From Eledone cirrhosa (lineage: Eukaryota), in contig OZ024762.1 of NCBI GenBank assembly GCA_964016885.1, positions 7,998,001 to 8,062,000 on the forward strand: DNA of 64,000 nucleotides, written 5' to 3'. The translations under genes and the position numbers were made by a program. This document shows, piece by piece, positions 23,890-36,942 of the stretch (its first letter is position 1; each line of letters starts with the position of its first letter). Under the pieces are notes generated by a model. It was given only the letters and a program-made list of their open reading frames with translations, made no database searches and was not told where the DNA came from.

Positions 23890-26800
23890 AGCAAAAACAA
23901 CAACAGCAGCAGCAGTGATGGTAACACCAACACCAACAGCAGCAGTGATGGTAACACCAGCACCAACAACAGCAGTAGTGGTAACACCAGCACCAACAAC
24001 AGCAGTAGTGGTAACACCAGCACCAACAACAGCAGCAGTGATGGTAACACCAGCACCAACAGCAGCAGTGATGGTAACACCAGCACCAACAACAGCAGTA
24101 GTGGTAACACCAGCACCAACAACAGCAGTAGTGGTAACACCAGCACCAACAACAGCAGCAGTGATGGTAACACCAGCACCAACAACAGCAGTAGTGGTAA
24201 CACCAGCACCAACAACAGCAGCAGTGATAGTAACACCAGCACCAACAACAGCAGCAGTGGTAACACCAGCACCAACAACAGCAGCAGTGATAGTAACACC
24301 AGCACCAACAACAGCAGCAGTGATGGTAACACCAGCACCAACAACAGCAGCAGTGATGGTAACACCAGCACCAATAACAGCAGTGATGGTAACACCAGCA
24401 CCAACAACAGCAGCAGTGATAGTAACACCAGCACCAACAACAGCAGCAGTGATGGTAACACCAACACCAACAACAGCAGCAGTGATGGTAACAGCAGCAC
24501 CAACAGCAGCAGTGATGGTAACACCAGCACCAACAACAGCAGCAGTGATGGTAACACCAGCACCAACAACAACAGCAGTGATGGTAACAGCAGCACCAAC
24601 AGCAGCAGTGATGGTAACACCAGCACCAACAACAGCAGCAGTGATGGTAACACCAGCACCAACAACAGCAGCAGTGATGGTAACACCAGCACCAACAACA
24701 GCAGCAGTGATGGTAACAGCAGCACCAACAGCAGCAGTGATGGTAACACCAGCACCAACAACAGCAGCAGTGATGGTAACACCAGCACCAACAACAGCAG
24801 CAGTGATGGTAACACCAGCACCAATAACAGCAGCAGTGATGGTAACACCAGCACCAATAACAGCAGTAGTGGTAACACCAGCACCAACAACAGCAGTGAT
24901 GGTAACACCAGCACCAATAACAGCAGTAGTGGTAACACCAGCACCAACAACAGCAGTGATGGTAACACCAGCACCAATAACAGCAGCAGTGATGGTAACA
25001 CCAGCAACAACAACAGCAGTAGTGGTAACACCAGCACCAACAACAGCAGCAGTGATGGTAACACCAGCACCAACAACAGCAGCAGTGATGGTAACAGCAG
25101 CACCAACAGCAGCAGTGATGGTAACACCAGCACCAACAACAGCAGCAGTGATGGTAACACCAGCACCAACAACAGCAGCAGTGATGGTAACACCAGCACC
25201 AATAACAGCAGCAGTGATAGTAACACCAGCACCAACAACAGCAGCAGTGATGGTAACACCAGCACCAATAACAGCAGCAGTGATAGTAACACCAGCACCA
25301 ACAACAGCAGCAGTGATGGTAACACCAGCACCAATAACAGCAGCAGTGATAGTAACACCAGCACCAACAACAGCAGCAGTGATGGTAACACCAGCACCAA
25401 CAACAGCATTGATGGTAACACCAGCACCAACAACAGCAGTAGTGGTAACACCAGCACCAACAACAGCAGTGATGGTAACACCAGCACCAACAACAGCAGC
25501 AGTGATGGTAACACCAGCACCAATAACAGCAGCAGTGATAGTAACACCAGCACCAACAACAGCAGCAGTGATGGTAACACCAGCACCAATAACAGCAGCA
25601 GTGATAGTAACACCAGCACCAATAACAGCAGCAGTGATAGTAACACCAGCACCAACAACAGCAGCAGTGATGGTAACACCAGCACCAACAACAGCAGCAG
25701 TGATAGTAACACCAGCACCAACAACAGCAGCAGTGATGGTAACACCAGCACCAACAACAGCAGCAGTGATGGTAACAGCAGCACCAACAACAGCATTGAT
25801 GGTAACACCAGCACCAACAACAGCAGTAGTGGTAACACCAGCACCAACAACAGCAGTGATGGTAACACCAGCACCAACAACAGCAGCAGTGATGGTAACA
25901 CCAGCACCAATAACAGCAGCAGTGATAGTAACACCAGCACCAACAACAGCAGCAGTGATGGTAACACCAGCACCAATAACAGCAGCAGTGATAGTAACAC
26001 CAGCACCAACAACAGCAGCAGTGATGGTAACACCAGCACCAATAACAGCAGCAGTGATAGTAACACCAGCACCAACAACAGCAGCAGTGATGGTAACACC
26101 AGCACCAACAACAGCAGCAGTGATAGTAACACCAGCACCAACAACAGCAGCAGTGATGGTAACACCAGCACCAACAACAGCAGCAGTGATGGTAACAGCA
26201 GCACCAACAACAGCATTGATGGTAACACCAGCACCAACAACACCAGCACCAACAACAGCAGCAGTGATGGTAACACCAGCACCAACAACACCAGCACCAA
26301 CAACAGCAGCAGTGATGGTAACAGCAGCACCAACAACAGCAGCAGTGATGGTAACACCAGCACCAACAACACCAGCACCAACAACAGCAGCAGTGATGGT
26401 AACACCAGCACCAACAACAGCAGTGATGGTAACACCAGCACCAACAACAGCAGCAGTGATGGTAACACCAGCACCAACAACACCAGCACCAACAACAGCA
26501 GCAGTGATGGTAACAGCAGCACCAACAACAGCAGCAGTGATGGTAACACCAGCACCAACAACACCAGCACCAACAACAGCAGCAGTGATGGTAACACCAG
26601 CACCAACAACAGCAGTGATGGTAACACCAGCACCAACAACAGCAGCAGTGATGGTAACACCAGCACCAACAACACCAGCACCAACAACAGCAGCAGTGAT
26701 GGTAACAGCAGCACCAACAACAGCAGCAGTGATGGTAACACCAGCACCAACAACAGCAGCAGTGATGGTAACAGCAGCACCAACAACAGCACCAACAACA

Positions 26801-27545
26801 GCAGTAGTGGTAACACCAGCACCAACAACAGCAGCAGTGGTAACACCAGCACCAACAACAGCAATAGTGGTAACACCAGCACCAATAACAGCAGTAGTGG
26901 TAACACCAGCACCAACAATAGCAGCAGTGGTAACACCAGCACCAACAACAGCAGTAGTGGTAACACCAGCACCAACAACAGCAGTAGTGGTAACACCAGC
27001 ACCAATAACAGCAGCAGTGGTAACACCAGCACCAACAACAGCAGTAGTGGTAACACCAGCACCAATAACAGCAGTAGTGGTAACACCAGCACCAACAACA
27101 GCAGTAGTGGTAACACCAGCACCAACAACAGCAGTAGTGGTAACACCAGCACCAATAACAGCAGTAGTGGTAACACCAACACCAACAACAGCAGCAGTGG
27201 TAACACCAGCACCAACAACAGCAGTAGTGGTAACACCAGCACCAACAACAGCAGTAGTGGTAACACCAGCACCAACAACAGCAGTAGTGGTAACACCAGC
27301 ACCAATAACAGCAGCAGTGGTAACACCAGCACCAACAACAGCAGCATTGCTAACACCAGCACCAACAACAGCAGCAGTGGTAACACCAGCAGCAGTGATG
27401 GTAACACCAGCACCAACAACAGCAGCAGTGATGGTAACACCAGCACCAACAACAGCAGCAGTGGTAACACCAGCACCAACAACAACAGCAGCAGTAACAC
27501 CCACACCACCAGCAACACTTCCAGCCCCACCACCACTAACACTAC
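23890..27545. repeat. 3.7-kb triplet-built satellite (33/30-bp units)
   Basis: Unit gtaacaccagcaccaacaacagcagcagtgatg (33) or ...gcagtagtg (30); four ~1250-codon ORFs overlap it. Confidence 0.95.
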
Positions 27546-28272
27546 CATATACACACATATATATACATACATGTATGTGTGTATATATACACACATATAT
27601 ATACACACATGTATGTGTGTATATATAACCCTGTAAGGATGAAAGGCAAAGTTAACCTCGGCAAGATTTTAACTCAGACCATAAAGGGGCATAACTCTAT
27701 GCTGCAAAGCATGGCGCCCAACCCTCCACTGAGACTGCCAATCCATCGCCATAATAAAATTAATAATAATAATAAAAATAATAATGTTTCTACTTTTGGC
27801 ACAAGGCCATCAATGACCCCAGTGCATTACTGGTACTTTATTTTATCACCCTCATAAGGATGAAAATATGTAAGAATATTTTCGAAACAGCGTGTGGGTT
27901 TGAAATTATTAGAAATGTAAGCCATCGCCGTATTTTGACTAAAGAAATTAAAGAAATTATTTAGCCTGATAGTGGGGTTAAGAACCCTCGGAGAAATGGA
28001 AAAAGATGAGTATTGACGTACATATATATATGACCAATCTTGCCTAAAATTGGGACAACTCCCGTCTAACCCATGCTAGCATGGTAGATAGACATTAAAC
28101 AATGATGATGATGATGATGATGATGATATATATATATATATATACACATACTATATATATGTGTGTGAGTGTGTATGTATGTATATATACATACCTACAC
28201 ATACATATAATCTAACTTTGTGTGAGAAATTCAAGTGAACACAAAAAGTGAAACAGACAATATAAAGATAAC

Positions 28273-29170
28273 TGTGGAAGGTATGACCAAGGAATGGTTA
28301 TCTAACCCTAAACCTAAACCTTGCTGGTATCATGACAAAATGTGGAAGGTATGACCAAGGAATGGTTATCTAACCCTAAACCTACACCTTGCTGGTATTA
28401 TGACAAAATGTGGAAGGTATGACCAAGGAATGGTTATCTAACCCTAAACCTAAACCTTGCTGGTATCATGACAAAATGTGGAAGGTATGACCAAGGAATG
28501 GTTATCTAACCCTAAACCTACACCTTGCTGGTATTATGACAAAATGTGGAAGGTATGACCAAGGAATGGTTATCTAACCCTAAACCTAAACCTTGCTGGT
28601 ATCATGACAAAATGTGGAAGGTATGACCAAGGAATGGTTATCTAACCCTAAACCTAAACCTTGCTGGTATCATGACAAAATGTGGAAGGTATGACCAAGG
28701 AATGGTTATCTAACCCTAAACCTACACCTTGCTGGTATTATGACAAAATGTGGAAGGTATGACCAAGGAATGGTTATCTAACCCTAAACCTAAACCTTGC
28801 TGGTATCATGACAAAATGTGGAAGGTATGACCAAGGAATGGTTATCTAACCCTAAACCTAAACCTTGCTGGTATCATGACAAAATGTGGAAGGTATGACC
28901 AAGGAATGGTTATCTAACCCTAAACCTAAACCTTGCTGGTATCATGACAAAATGTGGAAGGTATGACCAAGGAATGGTTATCTAACCCTAAACCTAAACC
29001 TTGCTGGTATCATGACAAAATGTGGAAGGTATGACCAAGGAATGGTTATCTAACCCTAAACCTAAACCTTGCTGGTATCATGACAAAATGTGGAAGGTAT
29101 GACCAAGGAATGGTTATCTAACCCTAAACCTAAACCTTGCTGGCATCATGACAAAATGTGGAAGATATGA
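28273..29170. repeat. 68-bp satellite, 13 full copies, with a telomere-like CTAACCCTAAACCTAAACC core
   Basis: Units start at 28273, 28341, 28409 ... with a partial at 29157. Confidence 0.97.
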
Positions 29171-30219
29171 GAAAGACATATGTTGGAGTGTAATGAGCCA
29201 TCTAACCCTAACTGGCATCAAAATGGAGGTAAAATTATGGTGATACAGTCAGTGCTTAGCTTTTCCAAACAATGTTTGTGGCAGAAACATGGGAGTGTAT
29301 GTATTGTGTGTGTGTTTGAAAGAAAGAGAGAGTGTGTGTATGTGTGTGTAGAACTAAATCCATGAAACCCATTTGGAAGTGAGTTGTATATTACTGACAT
29401 ATGGCAGTGAAAGCCTAATATATTTGTACACACCACACATACTCCACACACACATACATACACTTCTCACACACTTCATAGCCACACACACACCACATAC
29501 ACTTCACACTGATTTACATCAGAGAATCACAACTGGTTTTGATTTTAAAAGCCATGTAATCAACAATTTCGTTACATAGTCAGTCAACAGAAAACTTCAT
29601 TTGCAAGTCCAACTAGGACAATGTGCAACAAGGTGTGAATATGCAGCAAAAGTGTGAGTTAAGCTGGTTGTCTGCACGAATGCAGGCAATGTGCAACTGC
29701 TGCTTGTCTTGTTACCGCCTGTACCTTATTTGAAAGGTTAGTGACTGGACTGGCTACAACAATAGTTAAGAAGGAGATCTAGAGGAGTGTTAACTCTAGC
29801 TGCACACAATGTGTTATGTACCGACAGTTCATGCGCTGAGAGTGTAAGATCAAATTACTTTCAGTAAGTATTTGTTCTAGCTCATTGCTCTATGATTTCA
29901 AACCCTGTGAGATCAAATTAGTGCTTTTGAAGGTGGTTGATAAATAAAGTAGCCATTTGTGGCAGTGGATTGATGCAAGTCTTAGAGTGTCATACATGAT
30001 GTCTTGGAGCTATCACTTATTGAAATAAAATCAAATTAAAGCTCACACTTGTGCAGATTTAGCTGGCCCTTTACAAGGTTGCAATCTTATTTGAGGTTTC
30101 TTGGGTATTTTAACCCATTAGCATCTATATTACACTATATTTACTATTGTATTTTTCACGGTAAACACTTTATCTCACATAATATCAAATCTATGAGGTT
30201 TTGATATTATTTATTTTGC

Positions 30220-30302
30220 ATGCAGTTTTTCCATGATTGGGTCTGTTGGTGGCCCACGTTCCAAAATATCTTATCCCATGCAACGCCAGGTACCACTGCT
30301 AG
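30220..30302 (+). mobile_element. Possible Helitron 3' terminus
   Basis: cccatgcaacgccaggtaccactgCTAG|T: degenerate subterminal hairpin followed by CTAG and a T. Confidence 0.35.
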
Positions 30303-30362
30303 TATATATATATATAAAACAGAGTTTTGCAGCTTGCTTGAAGCATTGTCGAATAGGAAGCA

Positions 30363-30479
30363 CATATTTAAATAATTTTGAAAACCAAATAATGCATTAG
30401 AAAGAAAATTAAATCGCTAAGATAACAAAAGAATCTTACCATTAAATTTGCTATTGTTTGGTTTTTAAAATTATTTAAA

Positions 30480-30484
<5 letters not shown>
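30363..30484. repeat. AT-rich inverted repeat (~30-bp arms) between (TA)n tracts
   Basis: atatttaaataattttgaaaaccaaataat ... attgtttggtttttaaaattatttaaatat. Confidence 0.65.
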
Positions 30485-30512
<28 letters not shown>

Positions 30513-32765
30513 GCAAAAGCTCCCAGTCCACACTGTAAAGTGGTCGTGTAGGGGTCACGACAAAAAGCACCCAGTACTCACTGCAAATGAGGTTTGCGAT
30601 AGGAAGAGCATCCAGCTGTAGAAATCAAGCCAAAATCAGTTCTGTATGAACAAGACATGGTCACCTGACCTAGCATTGCTCACAACAGAATAACTCATCT
30701 AACCCATGCTAGCAAAGGAACACACATGTATGTATACTCTCCGTTGTTAATTAGAGAAGGAATACACATGTATGTATACTCTCTGTTGTTAATTAGAGAA
30801 GGAATAAAGATGTATGTATACTCTCTATGAAATTCTCACACTCATCAGAATAAAAGAGAATTACAATGTTAGATAAAAAAAAAAAAAAGTTTAGAAAATA
30901 AAACAATTCTATGTATAAACTGTCTCTTCGGTAGCTTTTTTGTGTGTGTGTGTGTGCGTGTGTGGTGGTGGTGGTGGTGTTAGTAGTGGTGGTGGTGATG
31001 GTGGTAGTAGCGTTGGTGGTGGTGGTGGTGGCAGTAGTCCATGGTGGTGATGGTGTCAGTGGAGATAAGAGTAGTGGTGATGGTGGTGGTGTCAGCGGTG
31101 GTGGCAGTAGTGGTGAGGGTGGTGGTAGTGGTGATGGCAGTAGTTGTGGTGGTGGTGGTAGTGACGGACACACACACATTCAAGCTGATTTTAATGAATA
31201 AACAAAAAAACTAAAACAAAACCACCTTTCATGACATTTACAAAATATATAAACCTTTCTCTTTTCTCTTTTCCACTTGATATTCTTTGAAAACTTAACC
31301 AAGCAACAATTAGCTTTTAAGACTTAATTATAAAACTGAACACAGATTCCACAATTCAGCAGCGTCACAATTGAAACTAATAGCTTGTCTCTCTGGTGAT
31401 GGTTTCCATTGATCTGGAAAGGAGGAGGAGGGGGGGGGGAGAATTGATCAGACAACAACAACAGTGTTAAAAAACACACAAAAAAAAAAAACAGCAATAA
31501 TATTGGAACATTTCCTTAATTTAGAGAACAGAAAAAGAAATCTTTGGAAAGCATTTCGTTTTTTTTTTTCTCTCCCAATTTAAATTTTTATTTTTAAGGG
31601 TTGATTAGATTTTTATGTAAGGCACAGCAACGCCGTAACAGCTTCCATGGTTAATGTTACTATGGTAGTTGTGCATGGTTGTGTGAGAGATAGAGGGGTG
31701 GGGGACATTAGCAGTATCTAATGAAAAAGACACAGGCTGTACATTTATGTCTTCTCAGTAAATGACATAAAGCAACTTAACAAGTGCTGCCTACGCCTCT
31801 AGCAGTTGTCGTTTTTCAATATAACTTATTAAGATTAATAATTGTTTCTACGTTAGGCACAAGGCCAGCAATTACCCAGTGCATTACTGGTACTTATTAA
31901 GATTAATAATGATTTGTAGAAAATGTTTTGAAGGTTTCGGAGATATAGTTACATAGAGAAGTATAGTTAAAGGAGGGGGGGGGGGGAAAGGGGGCTCCTT
32001 CAGTCACAACTGACCATGCATTTACCTCTCCTAGGCACAAACCAGGGTGAGGTATTTCATGAAAAACCAGTAATCACCCATGCAGGCAACTCTACCCTCT
32101 TCACAACACCGATGTTGTCCAAGGGAAAGACAAAGACTTTTATATATATATATATATATATATATAAATATATATATACACACACACCATATTTCTTGGC
32201 GTCAAAGACACTACTTTTTTCCTAAAATAAATCTCAAAAATCTACCATGCGTCCTGGAGGCTGAAGGTTGTTTGTTATTTTTTTTTCAAATTTTTGGTTG
32301 TCAAAATTAGGGTGCATCCTCGAGGATGGTATATATTTATATATATAAATATTAAAAAGCACCAACAAGTCAATATGCTTTTAAACACGTTTCAGCAGAT
32401 AGAGCTTCATCCCGAGGACGTGAACTTACAAAATCAGAAATTTAAAAGAAAATGTTAAGATATTGTTCTCAAAATAAATAATATCAAAATCTCGTAGATT
32501 CGATATTATGAGAGATAATTATGTGAGATAAAGTTGTTATCATGAAAATACAATAGTAAATATAGAATGTAAATGCTAAAGGGTTAGCACATTTTATACC
32601 AAACTGCCCCCAATTCTACAATAGAAAACTGTTCAGATGAAAACCTTCCATCATAATTTTATGTAAGAACCTTTGTTAAGTTATGCTCCAAACACCAACT
32701 TAATTATGAGAAAATTAGTTATGTTACTAACTCACTCTAAATTCTTGATTATTAATTATATATAT

Positions 32766-33103
32766 GGAGGCACATGGCTTAGTGGTTAGAGCATTGGCCT
32801 TGCAATCGAAAGGTTGTGAGTTCAATTCTCAGACCGGGTGATGTGTTGTTTCCTTGAGCAAGGCACTTTATTTCACATTGCTCCAGTTTACTCAGCTGTA
32901 GAAATGAGATGATAGGGACTGGGGTCCCTATCATTCCACTGCAAAGTGGTCGTGGAGGTGCCACGGCAAAAAAGCACCCAGCACTCACTGTAAATGAGGT
33001 TGGTGTTAGGAAGGGCATCCAGCTGTAGAAATCAAGCCAGAATCAGTTCCCGTCCCACCCTTGCAAGCAGGGAAAAATGGACATAAAATGAAAATGAAAT
33101 GAT
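32766..33103 (+). mobile_element. Full-length tRNA-derived SINE with RTE-derived 3' tail
   Basis: A-box TGGCTTAGTGG, B-box GAGTTCAATTC, body, then cccacccttgcaagcagggaaaaatggacataaaatg matching the RTE family-B 3' end. Confidence 0.9.
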
Positions 33104-33585
33104 GTGTGTATGTGTGTGTGTGTGTTTGTGTAATTCTTCCAATTTTATATACCATTTTGAAAATTAATTGAAACACTGGCTGAAATGGGGCTAAATTGCT
33201 TCAATCTGAATAAAATGAACATACAACCCCTCCTATGTCACAGTTGAACAAAGACTAATGAAAGCAGAGTCAATTGAAATATTTGCAAAGTCATTCAAGC
33301 ACTGCTAATTTAAATGAAGGAAAGCATTAACAGTTCTGTCAGTCAACCACCTTCACTACTTTTGCTTCTATGGTACAAAACTTTAGATTCATCTATAAAC
33401 CTTCCATTATACATTTATGTAACAACTTTTGTTAAGCTGTGCACTAAACACCAGATTCACAATGACAAAGTTTACTAAATCACTTGTAAATTTTTTATTA
33501 TTTTCAAAATAATTTGAAAAACATAGGTTAATTTCAGCTGTAACAAAACAAATTAGAAACTTTGCTATCTGACAGAATCCTAAGT

Positions 33586-34095
33586 TAACCCTTTCATTAC
33601 CATATTTCTAATGAAAAACACTGTCTATGCCTTTAACCCTTTTGTTAAAATATTTCTAATGAAAGACACTGCCTATGTTTAACCCTTTCATTACCATATT
33701 TCTAATGAAAGACACTGCCCATGTTTAACCTTTTCATTACCATATTTCTAATGAAAGACACTGCTCATGTTTAACCCTTTCATTACCATATTTCTAATGA
33801 AAGACACTGTCTATGTTTAACCTTTTCATTACCATATTTCTAATGAAAGACACTGCTCATGTTTAACCCTTTCATTACCATATTTCTAATGAAAGACACT
33901 GTCTATGTTTAACCCTTTCATTACCATATTTCTAATGAAAGACACTGTCAATGTCATTAACCCTTTAATTACCATATTTCTAATGAAAGACACTGTCTAT
34001 GTTTAACCCCTTTGTTACCATATTTTTAATGAAAGATACTGTATTTGTTTAACCCCTTTGTTACCATTTTTTAATGAAAGACACTGCCTATGATT
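33586..34095. repeat. 46-bp tandem array derived from the MITE family-2 terminus, about 11 copies
   Basis: ttaaccctttcattaccatatttctaatgaaagacactgcctatgt; the last unit runs into the MITE body. Confidence 0.92.
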
Positions 34096-35504
34096 CTCAA
34101 TTAATTTTGAAAATAATCAATCATTTGTTGAGATTTCATAATATAACTTAACATAACTTGAAGGTTCTTAGATATAATTATGATGAAAAGCTTTTAAAAG
34201 AAACAGTATTGCATGAATCTATTTTCAAAAACATTGTTGATATTATTTCTTACAGACATAATAGGGTTTTACTTACATTTAAATACCCAGCCCTGGAACA
34301 TTATTTTATTTAAATACCCAGCCCTGGGGCATTACTTTATTTAAATACCCTACCCTGTGGCATTACTGTTTTCCTTGCCCTGGAGCACTACATTATTTTT
34401 TTCCTTGCCCTGGGACATTACTTTGTTTTATCAACCCTTGAAAGAATGAAAGGCAAAGTTAACCTTGGCAGGATTTAAATACAGAACACAGCCAGAATAA
34501 TTAAAGGAAATTCAGCATGACACTATGTAGGACAAGGCCGGTGACTCTTTCAATCACAACACAGACAGCCAGAATAGATAAGGGAAATTCAGTGTGGCAC
34601 AATGTGAAACAAGACCAGCGACCCTTTTAATTACAAGTCCAAGTGGTTTTTAGCAGCTGAATGGGCTGAAGGAATGTGAAATATTGTCATACTCAAAGAC
34701 ACAACACACCACCACAAATAAAACTTACAACCTTACAATTGAGGGTCAAAGATTTTAACCACTAAGCCATGTGCCTTCACATTATTGGCAGTATTGGTAG
34801 AGAATCAGATAACATGATTTGTGGCATATAGTTACGTCCCTTTACATTCCGAGTTCAAATCCTGCCAGGGTTAAATTTGCCTTTCATCTTTACAAGGTCA
34901 GTAAAATAAAGTACCAACACCGCACTGGGGTTGATTTAATTGACTTTCCCTTTCCCAAAATTGTTGACCTTGTGTCTAAATCAGAAATTATTATTATTAT
35001 TATTATTAGGGTAGTGGACTGGCATTATCAGTAGAGGGTTGGACATGCTTTATGTCTCTTTACATTTTGGTTTCAAATCCCACTGGGGTTAGCTTTGCCT
35101 TTAATCCTTACGGGGGGGGGGGGGTAAAATAAAGTACCTGTAATGCACTGGAGTTGATTTAATCGACTTTCCCCTCTCCCAAAATTGTTGGCCATGTGCC
35201 TAAATCAGAAACCATTATTATATTTTATGGTGAAATATTATCAGAAATAAATACTATACCAACAATAGCAACAATAAAATATGGGCTATCACTAGAAATA
35301 TTTCAGTTAATCTCTGGGGAAATTTCATTTAACCCTCTTTTTAAACATGTTTATATTTATCTAAAAAATATCTTCCCTCATAATTTTATGTAAGAACTTT
35401 TGTTACATTATACTACAAACAAAAGCTCAAAAATCAATAAGTTGGTTATATTATGAAATTCTTCCAAATTTCTGACTATTTAAAAAAAAAATATTTGAAA
35501 ATCT

Positions 35505-35792
35505 CAGGTAGTGTCTTTCATTAGAAATATGGTAATTAAAGGGTTAAGGACATTGGCAGTGTCTTTCATGAGAAATATGGTACTAATGGGTTACAGATAT
35601 AGGCAGTGTTTTTTTTTTTTATTAGAAATAAGGTAACTAAAGGGTTAGAGATATGGGCAGTGTCTTTCATTAGAAATATGGTACTAATGGGTTAGAGATA
35701 TAGGCAGTGTTTTTTATTAGAAATAAGGTAACTAAAAGGTTACAGATACAGGCAGTGTTTTTTTATTAGAAATAAGGTAACTAAAGGGTTAA
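35505..35792 (-). repeat. Same ~46-bp MITE-end array, reverse orientation, about 6 copies
   Basis: ggcagtgtctttcattagaaatatggtaattaaagggtta units. Confidence 0.85.
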
Positions 35793-36660
35793 AATTAAAA
35801 AGGAAAAACAAACCAACAAAAGACAGTATGGCTTGATTACAGAAATGGAATTTTACTATTCTTCAGTGATGGCTGTTGAAATTACTTGGCAAAAGTACCA
35901 GCTGCCCTAGCTACAGCCATTGAAAGGTTCACAAAGACCTGATCAATTATTCTGACACTTGCATCTGAAAGCACAACCATTGTCTTAGATGCTATAAATA
36001 TTTCAAAAGGAATATTCCAACAAGAGTCAGTCACTTGGTGCTTCTCTTTTAACTTGCCATTAACATTTGACTATTTGGTTGGGGTCTGTAGCAATTTCTT
36101 TGTCAATGATTTAACTCTTAATATCCTGTACTGCATGAAACCTCATTAGCAAGACATTCTTGAAAAATACAAAATACCACTGTGGCTGCATTACATTAAA
36201 AATTAAAGTTGTTACTCTAATGCAGCACATTTTTACAACAATCTGTCCACTGTAAACATTTGAATTAAGAAATCACATGAAACCACATAGGCAAGACATT
36301 CTTGTATAAGTACAAAACAGCAAATATGGCTGATTCACATTAAAAATTTAAGTTGTTACTTTAATACTGCAAATCTGAATGCTAAAGGGTTAATATGTAA
36401 AAAAAAACCTTGTTAAGTTAAGCTCCAAATGTCAGCTTAATAATGAGAAATCTATATTACAAAATCCCTCCAAATTCTTGATATTTTCAAAATTCTTTGA
36501 CAATCAGTATCTAACATGAATGTAACTCTCTAATTATTAAAATGGTGTTTGGAACATAATATCCTTTTAACTCTTAACATTGTGTACCACAAGAAACCAC
36601 ATTGACAAGACATTCTTGAAAAGTACAGTCCTGGAGAGGGTTGAGTTACACCAGGTTTAA

Positions 36661-36942
36661 CCCTTTGGCATTTAAACCGGCCATATCCGGCCAGAATTCT
36701 CTCACCTCTTTCTGTTCAAACCGGCTGTAACCTGTAGCTCATACTGATGTTAAGGTAGTGTTCTCAAAATAAATAATATCAAATTCTCATAGATTCGATA
36801 TTATGTAAGATAATTATGTGAAGCAGGATTTGGAAGGGCCCCAGCATTTGGCAGTAGCAGCAGAAATGCAGCAGGGTTTGGAAGGACTCCTGCATTCGGC
36901 AGCAGAAATGCATATATATAGAGTAATGCAAATATTAAAGGG
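36661..36942 (+). mobile_element. piggyBac-type MITE family 1 with an internal GC-richer replacement segment (36820-36912)
   Basis: TTAA-CCCTTTGGCATTT...AAATATTAAAGGG-TTAA; inner segment is two copies of gcagg.tttggaagg.c.cc.gcatt.ggcag..agcagaaatgca. Confidence 0.85.

Noticed and set aside
23844-27608. Poly-Leu/Val, Gly-Ala-Val and Ser/Asn-rich ~1250-aa ORFs as real genes
   Set aside because: They begin or end in TA/CA microsatellite and are open only because the triplet-built unit lacks stops in those frames.
32380-32416. Minus-strand hammerhead-like relic GGGAUGA-AGC..GCU-GAAA-CGUG-UU
   Set aside because: Core is mutated and no stem I can form; at most a dead relic.
32766-32845. tRNA gene
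   Set aside because: A/B boxes are present but there is no proper cloverleaf, and the sequence continues into a multi-copy SINE body.
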